64,000 nt of DNA from contig NMRA01000122.1 of NCBI GenBank assembly GCA_002633005.1, forward strand, positions 70,592 to 134,591. The letters run 5' to 3'. A program made the position numbers and the translations under genes. The notes beneath the pieces are model-generated. The model did no database searches and was not told the DNA's origin. It saw only the letters and a list, made by a program, of their open reading frames with translations. Each line of letters begins with the position of its first letter. Positions within the stretch are counted from its first letter, which is position 1. Below, piece after piece: positions 18,814-30,112 of the stretch. The DNA comes from Phoronis australis (Eukaryota > Animalia > Phoronida).

Positions 18814-19061
18814 TATAAATAAAAAAATAACTGCAGGCGGTCTGATACACGTTGTACCAGACATGCGCAGGCCTCGCATGTGGGCCCAATGCACTGATCA
18901 CCTGGAAATATTTTTATGCTTTATTAATATATGGTTAAAACCGAGCTGAGGAGCTAGAAACCTGGCTCAAGGGTTTAGCATTGTGACCTGGTGGGACTCG
19001 AACCCGCGACCTCAAGTAACGAAAGCGGGCACTTATCAACCAGGCCACACTGCCTTCTCTT
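18814..19061 (-). mobile_element. tRNA(Arg)-like SINE with 14-bp TSD
   Basis: Head GGCAGTGTGGCCTGGTTGATAAG..TTCG..GGTCGCGGGTTCGAGTCCCACC has A and B boxes; AT-rich tail; direct repeat AAAGCAGAATAGAA at 18800-18813 and 19062-19075. Confidence 0.88.
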
Positions 19062-19194
19062 AAAGCAGAATAGAACCAGCTACATGAATTAAATGGCTAT
19101 GTTAGTGAATGCACAGATGAGGTTAAAAGAAATGTATTCTTTTTGCGAAAGACACGAAATCGAAATGGCTTTTTATTTATCTCTTGTTTGCGTG

Positions 19195-19273
19195 CTCGCT
19201 GGTTCCCTGCATACCGTTAGGTGGGGCGGTAGCTGGTGGCTGGGCTGAGCACCAGGCGCAGGGAACCAGCGAG
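19195..19273. mobile_element. 79-bp hairpin micro-MITE, copy 1
   Basis: Perfect 16-bp TIR CTCGCTGGTTCCCTGC; flanking direct repeat GTTTGCGTG (19186-19194 and 19274-19282). Confidence 0.75.
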
Positions 19274-19629
19274 GTTTGCGTGCAGCATGTTCTGTTCACT
19301 TGAATCGCTTGTTTTGCGTCGCAGTCTGGGTTACAGTCCTCCGCCTGACAAAGTCGAGGCTGTCGGACTTGGTTGTTTTCTTTAGAAATTTGTTCATGAT
19401 AAGTTTTGGTCACCGGCCAGTCTGCTCTTCAGCTTAGAAATATACCATGTATCGCCTCAAAGCTCTTAGAATATGATTACGAGTACTCGCAAAACCCTAT
19501 TGATTTCTCATTAAATCTGCACCTGACAAGTCCTCTTTTTCTAAAAACCTGAGGTCTCATCGATATAATAGTCTGCAGTGATGTCATTATTAACCTCAAG
19601 CAAGACTGTGAGATGTTTGGCAATCTTAA

Positions 19630-20922
19630 GGATATCTCAAACCTTAGTCACAAAAATCGGTCGTCTTTACAATATTTCATACGTTAGAAAAATACCTTAT
19701 CTTCATTTTCGGGGAACTTCAAATACGAAATATATATCGTTTAGCGAGGAAAAAAATATTTTGCAGAACCACGTCTTCATCCGCGTGGAAATTTGTTTAC
19801 TACATATCCTACATGTAGGTCAAAGGTTACAGGGATGTCACTGAAATCGAATCCCCCACGCATAGATCAGTTATAGTAGTAGTAGTGGTAGTAGTGAGTC
19901 AACGAGGAAAGAAAGATGCTGCGAATAACAAAGACAAAACGTAGTTTTGATCATGAGGGAGTTGTGCATTGGCAGGCATAAGACCGTCGAGAACGAATGC
20001 CCCAAGTCTGCAGTGGCGACATCGGCTCTGTGACTTTGTGTTCACGAACACACCAAATTGTGAAAAGAAATAAATTCATTAATTTGATAGATAATTTGAC
20101 ACATCGCTGTTTCGATCTCGTGCTCACGGCGCGTTTAAACCATTGACTTGATTTTTGTTGTACATGTATCACAATGAACTGTTGACTGCTGGCCTCGCCT
20201 TGCTAGCTTGACTCGAACTTCGGAAGCACATTCACAATATTTATACGTTTTAGTTGGGAGTAATATTGGTAATAGGTTTTAGTGATAATTAAGTTAATTA
20301 CGCACTGCAAACCCGGTTGACATTACGAGTAAATGTTGAAATATCGAATATGGTTATGGCATGTATACACTGTAGGTTATATTTACCAAAAACAAGTTTT
20401 CACCAAATAATTAAGTGACAACCATTAGATTATGAATACTCGCGATATTTCCGCTTTTTCTCGGCTTCGGCAAATGGACTTAATTTGAACTTAAGAACTC
20501 GAGTACTCGAAAACAGCTGGGTGAATTTCACTGAAAGCGTCCACTTTTAATATTTGTTTACCAATCTCATAGGGATTTAGTTTTAAACGCCTAGTTTTTT
20601 CGTACGTAAGATAGACTAATGCGACTGCTATTTTTTCCCAAAATACCTTACGTTTTGCGAGGTAATATGGCATAGAAACAAAACTAAATGAGTAATCAGA
20701 AATTTTTTACAACATGTTTTCGTTTAAAAGGGATTTCATTAAAATTGAACAAGGGATGATTTTGCTTTGCAGAATGTACCTTTCTTAAAAAATTCGGACT
20801 TATACAACATATTTATACAATGTGGCCTTTTTCTTTCAGAAAATAAATACTAGTAGTGACGTAGCCTGGTTTTTTGATATATGAGTTAAAATGCAGGTCA
20901 CTAAATAAGGGTTGAGATAACC
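19630..20922. mobile_element. Non-autonomous TTAA-flanked DNA transposon (Kolobok-type)
   Basis: TTAA|GGATATCTCAAACCTTA ... TAAGGGTTGAGATAACC|TTAA: 17-bp TIR with 2 mismatches and purine-purine termini. Confidence 0.7.
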
Positions 20923-21526
20923 TTAAAGGGAAACGTCACCTTTTTTAAGCACGTTCTTATTTAGTCAAATTGCATACTTGTGTTCTATAAAAGATATTTG
21001 AAACTTTTTAGTCGGTTTTTACAATAACATATTAATGAATCAAATTTCAAAAATGTCAACCGGTCTGAGTCAGCCGTGTTTTTTCCCTTTTCCGTTCAAA
21101 TAACTTAGACAAGTGGCCGAGACGCCCCCGATTTCCGGTTCCAATCGCGGAAAGGAACACGAGCAATGTTGCTTGAAACGGGTAGTAAAACTAATATCTA
21201 TTCAACCTATAGTCACATAGTACTTGCACTGATTTAGCAACTCACAGCACCACATTTACAGTTTTAGTAATTGTTATTTTTATCTACTTTTGTTTTTTAT
21301 AAAGATGGGTTGATAAGGGGTAATAATACGTACGTGTCAAAGTTACAATGAAACGCCTTAAAATGGTAATATGTTGCCTTTTAATTTCTATCCGTCCGTA
21401 TGTCTGACTGTCGCGTCAAACGCTAAAACCATATGCACCACAGTTGTTCACATGTGTTATTGTACTCGCGTGTGTCGAACGAAAGTTAAAGGGTCGTTGA
21501 AATACCTGGGAAGCAAAAAATAGGTA

Positions 21527-21620
21527 GCGCGCGTAATGGTGCGTCATGTGTTGGCAGCCACAAGGACTTTCGTTGCGCGTGTACTGGTGCGTCATGTGTT
21601 GGCAGGAATAAGGACGTTGT
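21527..21620. repeat. Two-copy 48-bp tandem repeat
   Basis: GCGCG..TGGTGCGTCATGTGTTGGCAG..AAGGAC at 21527 and 21575. Confidence 0.75.
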
Positions 21621-22369
21621 CAGTCGATTGAAGGAAAACTTCTGGTGGTATTCGTTTAAGTTTCATACAAAACACATCTCCTTAAAAAGGTAAGTTTCGA
21701 CCGTCGTTTGACACAGTGGTTGTGGTATTGATTACGATCGATGTCTACTTCAAAAGTTGTTGCAAGCTGGATGGCGTGCTATTGAATCCAACAAAGATGC
21801 TTCTTTCCCATTTCTTGTCCGTCCTTCCCATTGTGGGCCCTTGCTTCCCATGCACTGATCTGTACGTCCTTCCCGTTTTTCGCCCGTCCTTCTCAACTTA
21901 ACATCCTCCCTTTCCATCGACAACCCGTGCTTTTCACTGCAATGACCGAGTCTGACCAAAAAGATTCATCGATTGACGCAAGACCCTTTCAGACGTGTCT
22001 TTGCACATATGGATTTTACTCAATTTCACTCGAGTGAATAGAGCAAATACACGAGACCACGGTTACAACTGAGCTTGGCGTAGCGCATGAGAACTAAACT
22101 GGTAGTGAACAAGCCGATTTTTACATAACACTGTACAGGGACCGGTAAAAGTGTTGTAATTTTACCAACTTCAGAAGAGAGAATGTGATGAAAATATTCA
22201 TATTTTACCTTTTCCAAAGGGAATATGTAAAGTGACAAATATTCTTATTTTTGCAGACCAACGCAAGAAGAAATTGAATGGTATAAAATCATTCCTCGTG
22301 ACATGTCGTGTTTCCGGACTACTTCGTTTTGCTTGATCATATATATTGGCGAGTGACGTTTAATGCTTC

Positions 22370-23287
22370 TTATCTAGGGTCGTTGCAGCTAAGACCCACC
22401 TCGGCAAACGCCGAGGTCACTTCTTTCGTGGAATAGCCTTCGTCACGTGCTGCGCTCAAAACACCGCATACTCCACTATTAAAGGTAGTCGTCTTGTCCC
22501 AGTAGATTTCGTTAGCTATTGCGAATACTTTAAATGTGGGAATGATTCCGAGACCTTTTTCTTTCGCGAGAACGCAGAAGACTCGGTTATAAAGACCAGA
22601 TGCAAAGTGGATATTCAATTTGGCATGGTATTGACTATAGTGGGAAATCGATCGACCGTCTACGCGTGGATTGCACATGTCTCGCAATCCAAGATTTGGA
22701 AGCTTAAAAATGCTAGCGCCAATTTTGTAATCGTTCGTATTATCCACATAATGTTCTACAGCTTCACCAACCATGTCGCAGAAGGCTTCGTCGATGGCAC
22801 CTGACTCGCCCCAGTATTCCAGATTAGCATTGCCTTTTTTGGCAGTAAACCCGTGGCCTATTTCGTGACCAACAACGTCGCAAGACGTCAAGGGATAGCT
22901 CAGGTTAGACGCACGGTTACCGTCACCGAAAAAGAAGTATGAGTTGTAGTAGAAAGCGGTATCCCAGTTATATCCAACATGAACTGCAAGGTATATCCAA
23001 CCGTCGGTTGGTAAAGTGTTCAGAGTATCCAAGAAGAACCGTTTCACTTTGGTGGCGCAGAAATGCGCATCGCTAAGAGCAGAATATCCTCCATTGACGG
23101 AGTCATACATGTTTCCCTCGGTGCAGCCGAACGTTTTGGGGTAGGGTGGCCAACTCAGGCCTTTTTGGAAGTCGTAGGTCGACACACCCGATGTGTTCAG
23201 GCTGCAGACCGTTTTCGCTGTGTTCGACGAAACCGACAACGGTGGATACTTACTGTTTGCTTGGGAGGAATACGTGTGCTTCCCCGT
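22370..23287 (-). CDS. M4 paralogue 1, catalytic-domain exon
   Basis: ttttcag|TGKHTY..SDAHF..AFYYNSYFFFGDG..YPLTSCDVVGHEIGHGFT..GESGAIDEAFCDMVGE..DGRSI..AFAEVGLSC; 918 nt ending at TAA. Confidence 0.95.
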   Translation of the reverse strand, partial: TGKHTYSSQANSKYPPLSVSSNTAKTVCSLNTSGVSTYDFQKGLSWPPYPKTFGCTEGNMYDSVNGGYSALSDAHFCATKVKRFFLDTLNTLPTDGWIYLAVHVGYNWDTAFYYNSYFFFGDGNRASNLSYPLTSCDVVGHEIGHGFTAKKGNANLEYWGESGAIDEAFCDMVGEAVEHYVDNTNDYKIGASIFKLPNLGLRDMCNPRVDGRSISHYSQYHAKLNIHFASGLYNRVFCVLAKEKGLGIIPTFKVFAIANEIYWDKTTTFNSGVCGVLSAARDEGYSTKEVTSAFAEVGLSCNDPR

Positions 23288-26200
23288 CTGAAAATTACAT
23301 TTAACTTGGTACAATGCGATAGGAAAGACGAATTTTGCTCCTTGTAATAAAGCTTAATATTTTAACGTTTTTTTTTATAACAGAAGGGACCATATGATAA
23401 CTGCGAATCTGTACTGTACATGTACAATTTACGAATAAGCTGACAATATGTAAATAGCCATGACGTTTGCAGCTAAACAGACGTTTCATGAAAATGGAAG
23501 CATTTCAAAGCAGCGTTCTGTAAGAGTATTTCAGTACTATTTACTGGGAAGTGGTCACCGGCACATCGAACTATTTCAATATTGTACTAAATCTGGTGAT
23601 TTCACCCACATGTGGTTTCGTAACCTGCTTACACCATTGATGCATAGAGGGATTTAAAGGGGTAGTCTGTAGGTGTTTAGAGATTTCGTGAGCTTCTCCA
23701 ATGCGAAAATTGTGGTTAAGACGTCCTAAATCTATCAGTGTCAGCCAAGGCGCCACCCATGGACGATAAAAGAACTAAAATATTTCCTAAATATGTGATT
23801 AAACATATTCTGTGGTTCTTGGTGGCTGTTCTTTGCCGAAGCTGTCGTGTGGCTCACCTAAAGCGTTAGTGAGGACTTCGCAAGGAGCTCTTCTCGCTGG
23901 TTCCCTACGTGCCTAGTTAGCACGCTGCGTGATGGCTACCGACCTCCTGGCGACACGCAGGGAACCAGCGAGCTCTTGCGATTGAATAAAAATCAGACGC
24001 ATATTTCGTTTTGGTGGACAAGTCGTGATAGCGGTTTGTAGAGTTTAGCGGCCTCTTCGGAAATTAGAAATTTACAGTAGTTACAATGTTCGACAGTGGC
24101 TCATTCTTTGAAGCAGCTTGTCGAACTGAAGTTTCGACGGTTGGAGGATATTTCAAGTGTATTCTGAAGCCAGGGTTGAGTTACGTAGACGTAAGAATCT
24201 CGTGAGTCAAGCTAGCTATTCTAGCTGCTATATCTGGAATGCACCAGCGATATCTTAAGAAGTCACGTTTGCGGGATCTTACGTTTTCGCGAGCCAGGTT
24301 CTCGCGTATATGGAACGTTCCCCAGAATTTAGAATGCATGACATCACGTTTTCTCGTGGAAAACAATTGTACAAAGTGGCTGGCAAAAGAGTACGAAGAT
24401 ATACCTACTGCTCGAGTGCTTCTTACCTCCCCGGCCATCGTAACATATCGATATTTTAAATCAAGCCCTCAGGTTTTCAAAATGGCCCGATTTGAATATC
24501 CATTTGCTTGAAACATCGTGTGTTCTGTGTTGATAGGCATGCAGATACATGTCATGTAGTTTGGACATACGAAAAGTTTACTGCCATAATAGGCCTGACT
24601 AATATTTTGCTATCTAAAATAAATTTCACTGGTCCAACACTTACTTTTGTCGTTCCTCCAAAACTGTTGGCCAGATAGGGAAACTGTTTTTTCAAGTTAT
24701 CCCAAGTTTTCCACACGCGCCCTCGTTTCTTGGCGTCTACAATACACAACGGGCTCATCGGTTGACGGGGCGTCAACAGGAGATAAGTAACCACATATAC
24801 TAGGCGAGGAGGCGTGTAACGTCTGTTGTGCAGACTTGAGGCACGCGATGGAGCTTTTTTCCGTAGTTTTGGAAGACCTGGAATTAAAATTTCAAATCTC
24901 AATCACTGTCTTGTGTTTTGGTAATACGACATATTTGTCGAAGGCGAATTGAGAGCGTACTGCTGCTGTGGGGGAGAGGAGTGGAAGCGACTAAGTAGGC
25001 CACATCATTTGCAACAAACACTTCGATGGTGATTCAAAAAATTCCCTAGATTTGTGTAGTTAAAAAGGAATCTGTTGTAGAGTTTCGAACTCCCAAAGGT
25101 ACCGTCGTAGATAAATTTGTCAGAAAAGAGTGCCATTTTGTGGGGTAAATTGCTCTTGAACTAGTCAGTACCCTTTTGAGGTGCATGTGCCATAAAGTCT
25201 TCAATGGAAGAGGTGTGAAACAACACTTAGCGGGTCTATCCATGAACGTTTTCAACTATGTAAAACTGTGATATTTGTCGGTGAATCTGTCGCCTTGGCC
25301 AGTAGGTTCCTGGATTAGAGCAATGAGTAGCATTTGGCTTGCAGGAAAGCGTTACGTTCGTGTTTGTTAAAATTTACCTGGATGAATGAAGAGCTCCGTA
25401 TGTGGTTTCTGTATACCCGTTTTTGGATGGCCATGGGCTTTTCTGCAAACATCAATGGCCTCCAACGGTTGCAGTCGTGGAATTACTGCGCTTCTGTCTG
25501 CAAAAGTCGTGTTTAAATAGTCTGTTATTTCGTACCGCCCTTTCTACCAAATTTGGAGAATATGCAGTCACTCATAAACACGTATGTATGTATGGTCCCC
25601 TTCCTCCTCAACTGTGAAATTGTCACTGAAACAAAATCCAACCAGTTCACAATGTATTTTTACGAATTCTTTGTAAAAATTTTGAATTTCTGTTGACTTC
25701 AAAGCATTTTTCTTTTAGTTTCAAATTTCAAAAAATTGATCTGTCAACAGCTGGTCACTTTGTCGATTTTGTCACACAAGGTGAAGCACGTCTCCTTATT
25801 TGGTTGGGCAAGACAAAGATGTACCACATTTCCTTTATATGACGTTTGACCTTTGATGTTATCAAAACAATGTCGACTTCAAGCAGCAGCCAGTCCGATT
25901 AAGAAGCAACGGAAGTAAGTCTTAATTGTTTGAAGCTAGGAACTAGTTCCTAGTTTGAAGTTAGTGTCAAAGGTGTCGTAGTATTCAAAAATATTCTAAA
26001 ATGCACTAAGAATTCTGTTTGGGATATAGATGCTTCCCTGGCTTGCCTCATACTGTGCTGTCGACCTCAGATTGGGAGTGCAATCACACGTGATCTGCCG
26101 TTAATATCCATCTTGTCAGTCAGCTTTGACCGCATGCGCGAATTTGTCATTAAGTAGCATGGAGATTAGAAACTATGTGGTGACTAAGATTTTTTTTCTT

Positions 26201-29200
26201 AGCGCGTATTTCAAAACTCGTGGGTTTTGTCATTTTTGTGGAAACGCCCTTAAAGGGGAAAGTGAATAACTCTGTAGTAGACGTTGCCAGACAGCACTTT
26301 CGTCATGAACTGTTTAAAGGATATTTTTGTATGTTATAAGTACCTTTTGCGAAAAGAGAATACAAATGGTGTATTTCACATAAATAGGCCTTCGGCCCAC
26401 GTTACAAATATATAATAAACAGTTCAGGATTTCCAAACCAACACATCAACAAACTCATTTCTACTTTCCTGGACATTAATTAATATAGTTAGCAATTTTC
26501 TTCAAGTTATGTAAATCATGGATCTGTAGGAGATCCCTGAATACTGCTTCATCCACCCTCATCGAATCTATGTAAAAACTATTGTGCAAATCAGAATATA
26601 ATTTACATTCTATAAGATAGTGAATTTCTGAGTCCACATTTCCAGTATTGCTGCAGGGACATTCTCTCCTCTCTAACTGCGAAAAGAGAGTCACCTTAGG
26701 AGGCCGTTGATGTCCTTATCTCTACCTACTCGAACAAATACTCCCGAAATCAAACTATTTTCGAACATTCCTTCGTCCAGTTGCCCAAACAAGCCACTGT
26801 CCACTTTTTACATTGCTGGCGCCAGGGGGTATGGTCTCGTTCGAGCTGAGAAGAGTTAAAGATATCAAATACCTGGCAAGGTATCCGTCTATTCACAAAA
26901 AGTACTTATAGCAACACGACTCTGTTGGTGTAGTCATTGTGAGGCATAAGTCGCCGAAAAAAGTCCGGCGTATGGCTGTCCGCTGAGATGGTCACCGTCT
27001 CTACAGTGGCTAGTGGTAGTGTCTAGAGCCCTGTCGTGCTTATTCTTGATCTCTGAGCCGAGATGACCAAAACGGAGCGATGTGTATCGCGCTCCACCCG
27101 GCTACTATTGTGCGACGTACCGTAAAGCTTTAAAAAGGTAACACCTGTATATTTGGTTCCTACAGTATGTTAAGAGCATCAACCTGATCCCAACAGTGCC
27201 ATAAATTGCCAAATGTTGGCTTATTGACTTGCTTTTGCCTACGTCACCGCGAGAATCACCTTTTAATTCAAACAGCTGCGAATAACACCCGCTCGCAATG
27301 CTGTTCTATTCAAATCCCTACTTGCGCACTTTGATGGCGCTGCAAAAATGATTGTTGTTTGTTGTTAACAACCCAAACGTGAAAGCGCGCGTGTTTCAAA
27401 CACGCAGAACCATTGTAGTTTGAATATAACAACTCGTTTTCAAGCCCAATTAAATGTGGAGTAATAATTACATGTAAACCAGTACACGTCACTGATGAAA
27501 ATACCTTTCAGGAACTTTTTTAGCCTACGAGCAAGCCTGCCTGTCGTCCAACCTGTGTAAAATCCACCTGAGATCTCTGTGACAACATGTGACCCGTAGA
27601 CTGGCACACCGTAGTATTGCTGCTGTAACTTAACCTGGCAATGACCGACATATTTAGTACTGAAACTCAAAAAAGCTTTAAGGCAATGTAGATGTGTGAC
27701 AGAATTGACGAAACATTTGCTGGCAAGATGGCTTAAAGAACAAAATATCCAAGTCGCCCGGCCTATCGCTTAGACAAACTGGATTACTTGCGGCTATTCT
27801 CTTTGCCTAAGGCTGCGTCACATGATCGATTTCCTGTAGTTAAGCCCGTTACCCCCCCCCCTCAAAGCCTTCTGAAATGCAGACATTTTTTTGTGTGTGG
27901 TAAACCATAAACAAATGACGTGGAACCGTAATCAGCCGTCGTATAGACAATGTCTTTCGGATGTCTTTTAAAGCTGTTGTTAATTATTTCATTAAATAGT
28001 TTTGGGATTTTAAAAATCGAACAGCCAACTCTGTTAATTTTACTTGCTGAAAAGCATCGTGAAAGTTATTTTATCGACATTTTATAATTAAAGCGTAAGG
28101 CAGCAATTTTAGTGTCATTTTTGGTTAAATTGCGATGTTCTGATTATCTTTATTAAATATTTAAATCAAATAAATTTTCCCTAGATGTAACTTATTATGC
28201 ATGCAAATTTTACGACCTGAATTGTTCCCCACCAGTTTGGAATTTATACGGATTTTGGACAGTGTTTGACAGCGGATGCGTCTTTGTTTAACTCAGCACA
28301 GCAAATCAAAGCAAGACAATTATTATTCTTGGTGGCGACCTTAAACTCCCAAGCTGGTTCTGGAAACGAGTTACCTCAAACTGAATGCACCATACCTAAA
28401 TATCCATGCCCTATCCAATGTACTCGACCAGATCATACAGTAGTCGACAAGGAATGGAAACACCACAGAGCTTATCTTAACAAACCAACCAAACCAGATT
28501 AACCGTAACCAACCCCTTCTTGGTATGAGCGACGACGACGGAAGATGCAAACCCAAAGACCAACTCCGTTTTATAATAAGGCCGATTGGGATATATTATG
28601 TAACCACGGGGGTAACCAAACTTAGAAGATTACACTAGAACCTGGCTTATCCCCCGAACATCTGTGGCGGGAGTTTAAGGGTGCCTTGGCATCCCTCACA
28701 ATATGTCCAAACGATTTGAAAGTAAACCTTGGATCATTCTTGCCGTTCAACATAAAATGAAGCAAAGAGCTCGATAAGTATGGTCATGAAGAAGACGAAT
28801 TGTTATTCCGTAGGCTGCGGAGTTAGTTTCAATCTTATTGAAACTATACTGAAAACGCCATTACCCCCAAAGGATGATAACCAGTTTGGTTCAAAGAAAA
28901 CTTTTATCAAGCATTAAAGTATTAACAGCACTAGGACAAAAGAAGAAGAAAAGCGGAAGGAGAAGGAGAAGGAGAAGAAGAAGAGACGAAGAAGAAGAAG
29001 AAGACAGAGAAGAAGAAGGTAGAGGAGGAGGAAGAGAAGGAAGAGGAAAAGTTATTTGTTTTCCTCGAATTCTTATTCAGTTGATGCGTACCGGTATGTA
29101 AGCATCATGAACTCTAGCCTAGTATAGAAGTTCCGTTTCACAGACTGCCAGTGGATGGCAAAATCCGTCGGAGTTGACTAGTTCGTGTGAAGAACGCTAG

Positions 29201-30112
29201 TTCACGTCACGACCGGTAAAAATGTCGCGCATAATGCAAACGTCATTTACATGTATTGTCTGATTACGAAGGGAGCGTGTGCGTGGAGTCATGAGCGTTA
29301 AAGATATTATGATGAAGGATGTCATGCCGTCCGCATTTCCCTTTTGTCCTCCGACGCCATGTGGTATTAGCAAGCTGCAGCCTCTGTAGTGTCTCAAGAT
29401 CACGAACTTGATGTCACCTGTGCCTGTCTTTGAACAGCCATCGCAGCGTTCAAGGCAGCACAGCTTCACCATGAACATGATTTACGTATTTGGCTGACTC
29501 TAGTCATTTCCCGTCCACTGAATATCAAGGGGTGGTTAAATCCCACTAAATTGAGTTCTTGTTCAATCTAGGAGTGTCTGAGAATACACGACCAAGGCAA
29601 ATAACTAGGGTACTGTTTTGGAAAACGTATAATAATCTAACAATGCCCACATTGAATTGTGGCACAAACAAAGCTGGTGGGGATTGATTCGGTGAACGCC
29701 ACTTCCGGAATGACGACTGCATAATTAAGTATAATTAACCAAGGGAATTTGATAAATTGACAATTTATTCAGGACAATCAAAAAATTGCAAACAATGGTA
29801 TGTAATTTATATCAGTTTCACACGAGATGACCACTGAACAATTCGCTTGCTCCTTACGTTTCAAAGGTGACGCAGTTCACTTCTCCAGTTGAGGAAAGCT
29901 AGTATTTTTGTAGACCTACCAATGTTCTCCTACCTTGACTCTGCCTCGCCGAGTTTTGAAAGATTTCATGGAGCGCAAAGTTTCGTCTTTTCCAATGTCA
30001 AGTGTAAACATCAGTTTGGCCCGAGACATTTTCGTGCGCATGCCAAATCCACTGCGGTGTATATTGACCATTTCACTGGACCCGGGATATATCACGGAAA
30101 GCGGAAGAAGCG
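22370..30112 (-). CDS. M4-family (thermolysin/LasB/vibriolysin-like) zinc metalloprotease, paralogue 1; complement join(29934-30112,27505-27634,25378-25497,24645-24877,22370-23287); first coding exon not located
   Basis: The exons splice in frame into a signal-peptide tail, FTP (LQQQYYGVPVYGSHVV), PepSY (PRLVYVV..CIVDA..WDNL) and catalytic domain with HEIGH, GAIDEAFCD, LRDM, IHFASGLYN. Confidence 0.9.
23893..23972. mobile_element. 80-bp hairpin micro-MITE, copy 2 (opposite orientation to copy 1)
   Basis: Same TIR CTCGCTGGTTCCCT..AGGGAACCAGCGAG; flanking CTCTT on both sides. Confidence 0.7.
24645..24877 (-). CDS. M4 paralogue 1, PepSY exon
   Basis: attccag|GT CTT..RLVYVVTYLL..PLCIVDAKKRGRVWKTWDNL..GGTTK|GTAAGT; phase 1 to 0. 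Confidence 0.88.
25378..25497 (-). CDS. M4 paralogue 1, propeptide exon (absent from the ORF track)
   Basis: ttttgcag|AC..RSAVIPRLQPLEAIDVCRKAHGHPKTGIQKPHTELFIHP G|GTAAAT; homologous to 45887-46000. Confidence 0.85.
26355..26700 (-). mobile_element. 3' fragment of a non-LTR retrotransposon (LINE, clade uncertain)
   Basis: ERRECPC..VDSEIHYLIECKLYSDL resembles the C-terminal Cys/His motif of LINE ORF2, followed by a short 3' UTR-like stretch (GGCCGAAGGCC). Confidence 0.65.
27505..27634 (-). CDS. M4 paralogue 1, FTP-domain exon (130 nt)
   Basis: tgccag|VKLQQQYYGVPVYGSHVVTEISGGFYTGWTTGRLARRLKKFLK G|GTATTT. Confidence 0.88.
28334..28685. mobile_element. Possible small MITE
   Basis: Inverted ends GGCGACCTTAAACTCCC and GGGAGTTTAAGGGTGCC. 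Confidence 0.4.
28938..29049. repeat. Purine-rich (GAA/GGA)n microsatellite
   Basis: AAGAAGAAG..GGAGAAGGAGAA..GAGGAGGAAGAG run. Confidence 0.9.
29934..30112 (-). CDS. M4 paralogue 1, signal/pro-region exon
   Basis: Strong acceptor ttttgtttctttcag|CG, then LLPLSVIYPGSSEMVNIH..LMFTLDIGKDETLRSMKSFKTRRGRVK|GTAGGA; C-terminal part aligns with paralogue 2 (FELGMEKDEELFERTRFKTKRGKKK). Confidence 0.8.

Noticed and set aside
18985-19056. tRNA-Arg gene
   Set aside because: Imperfect cloverleaf; it is the head of a TSD-flanked SINE.
22370-23314. Bacterial contamination or intronless single-ORF protease
   Set aside because: The pro-domain is split across GT-AG exons conserved in two paralogues, with transposons in the introns; the ORF-track starts are not the true starts.
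28874-29101. Arg/Glu-rich ORF
   Set aside because: Purine microsatellite on the antisense strand of an intron.
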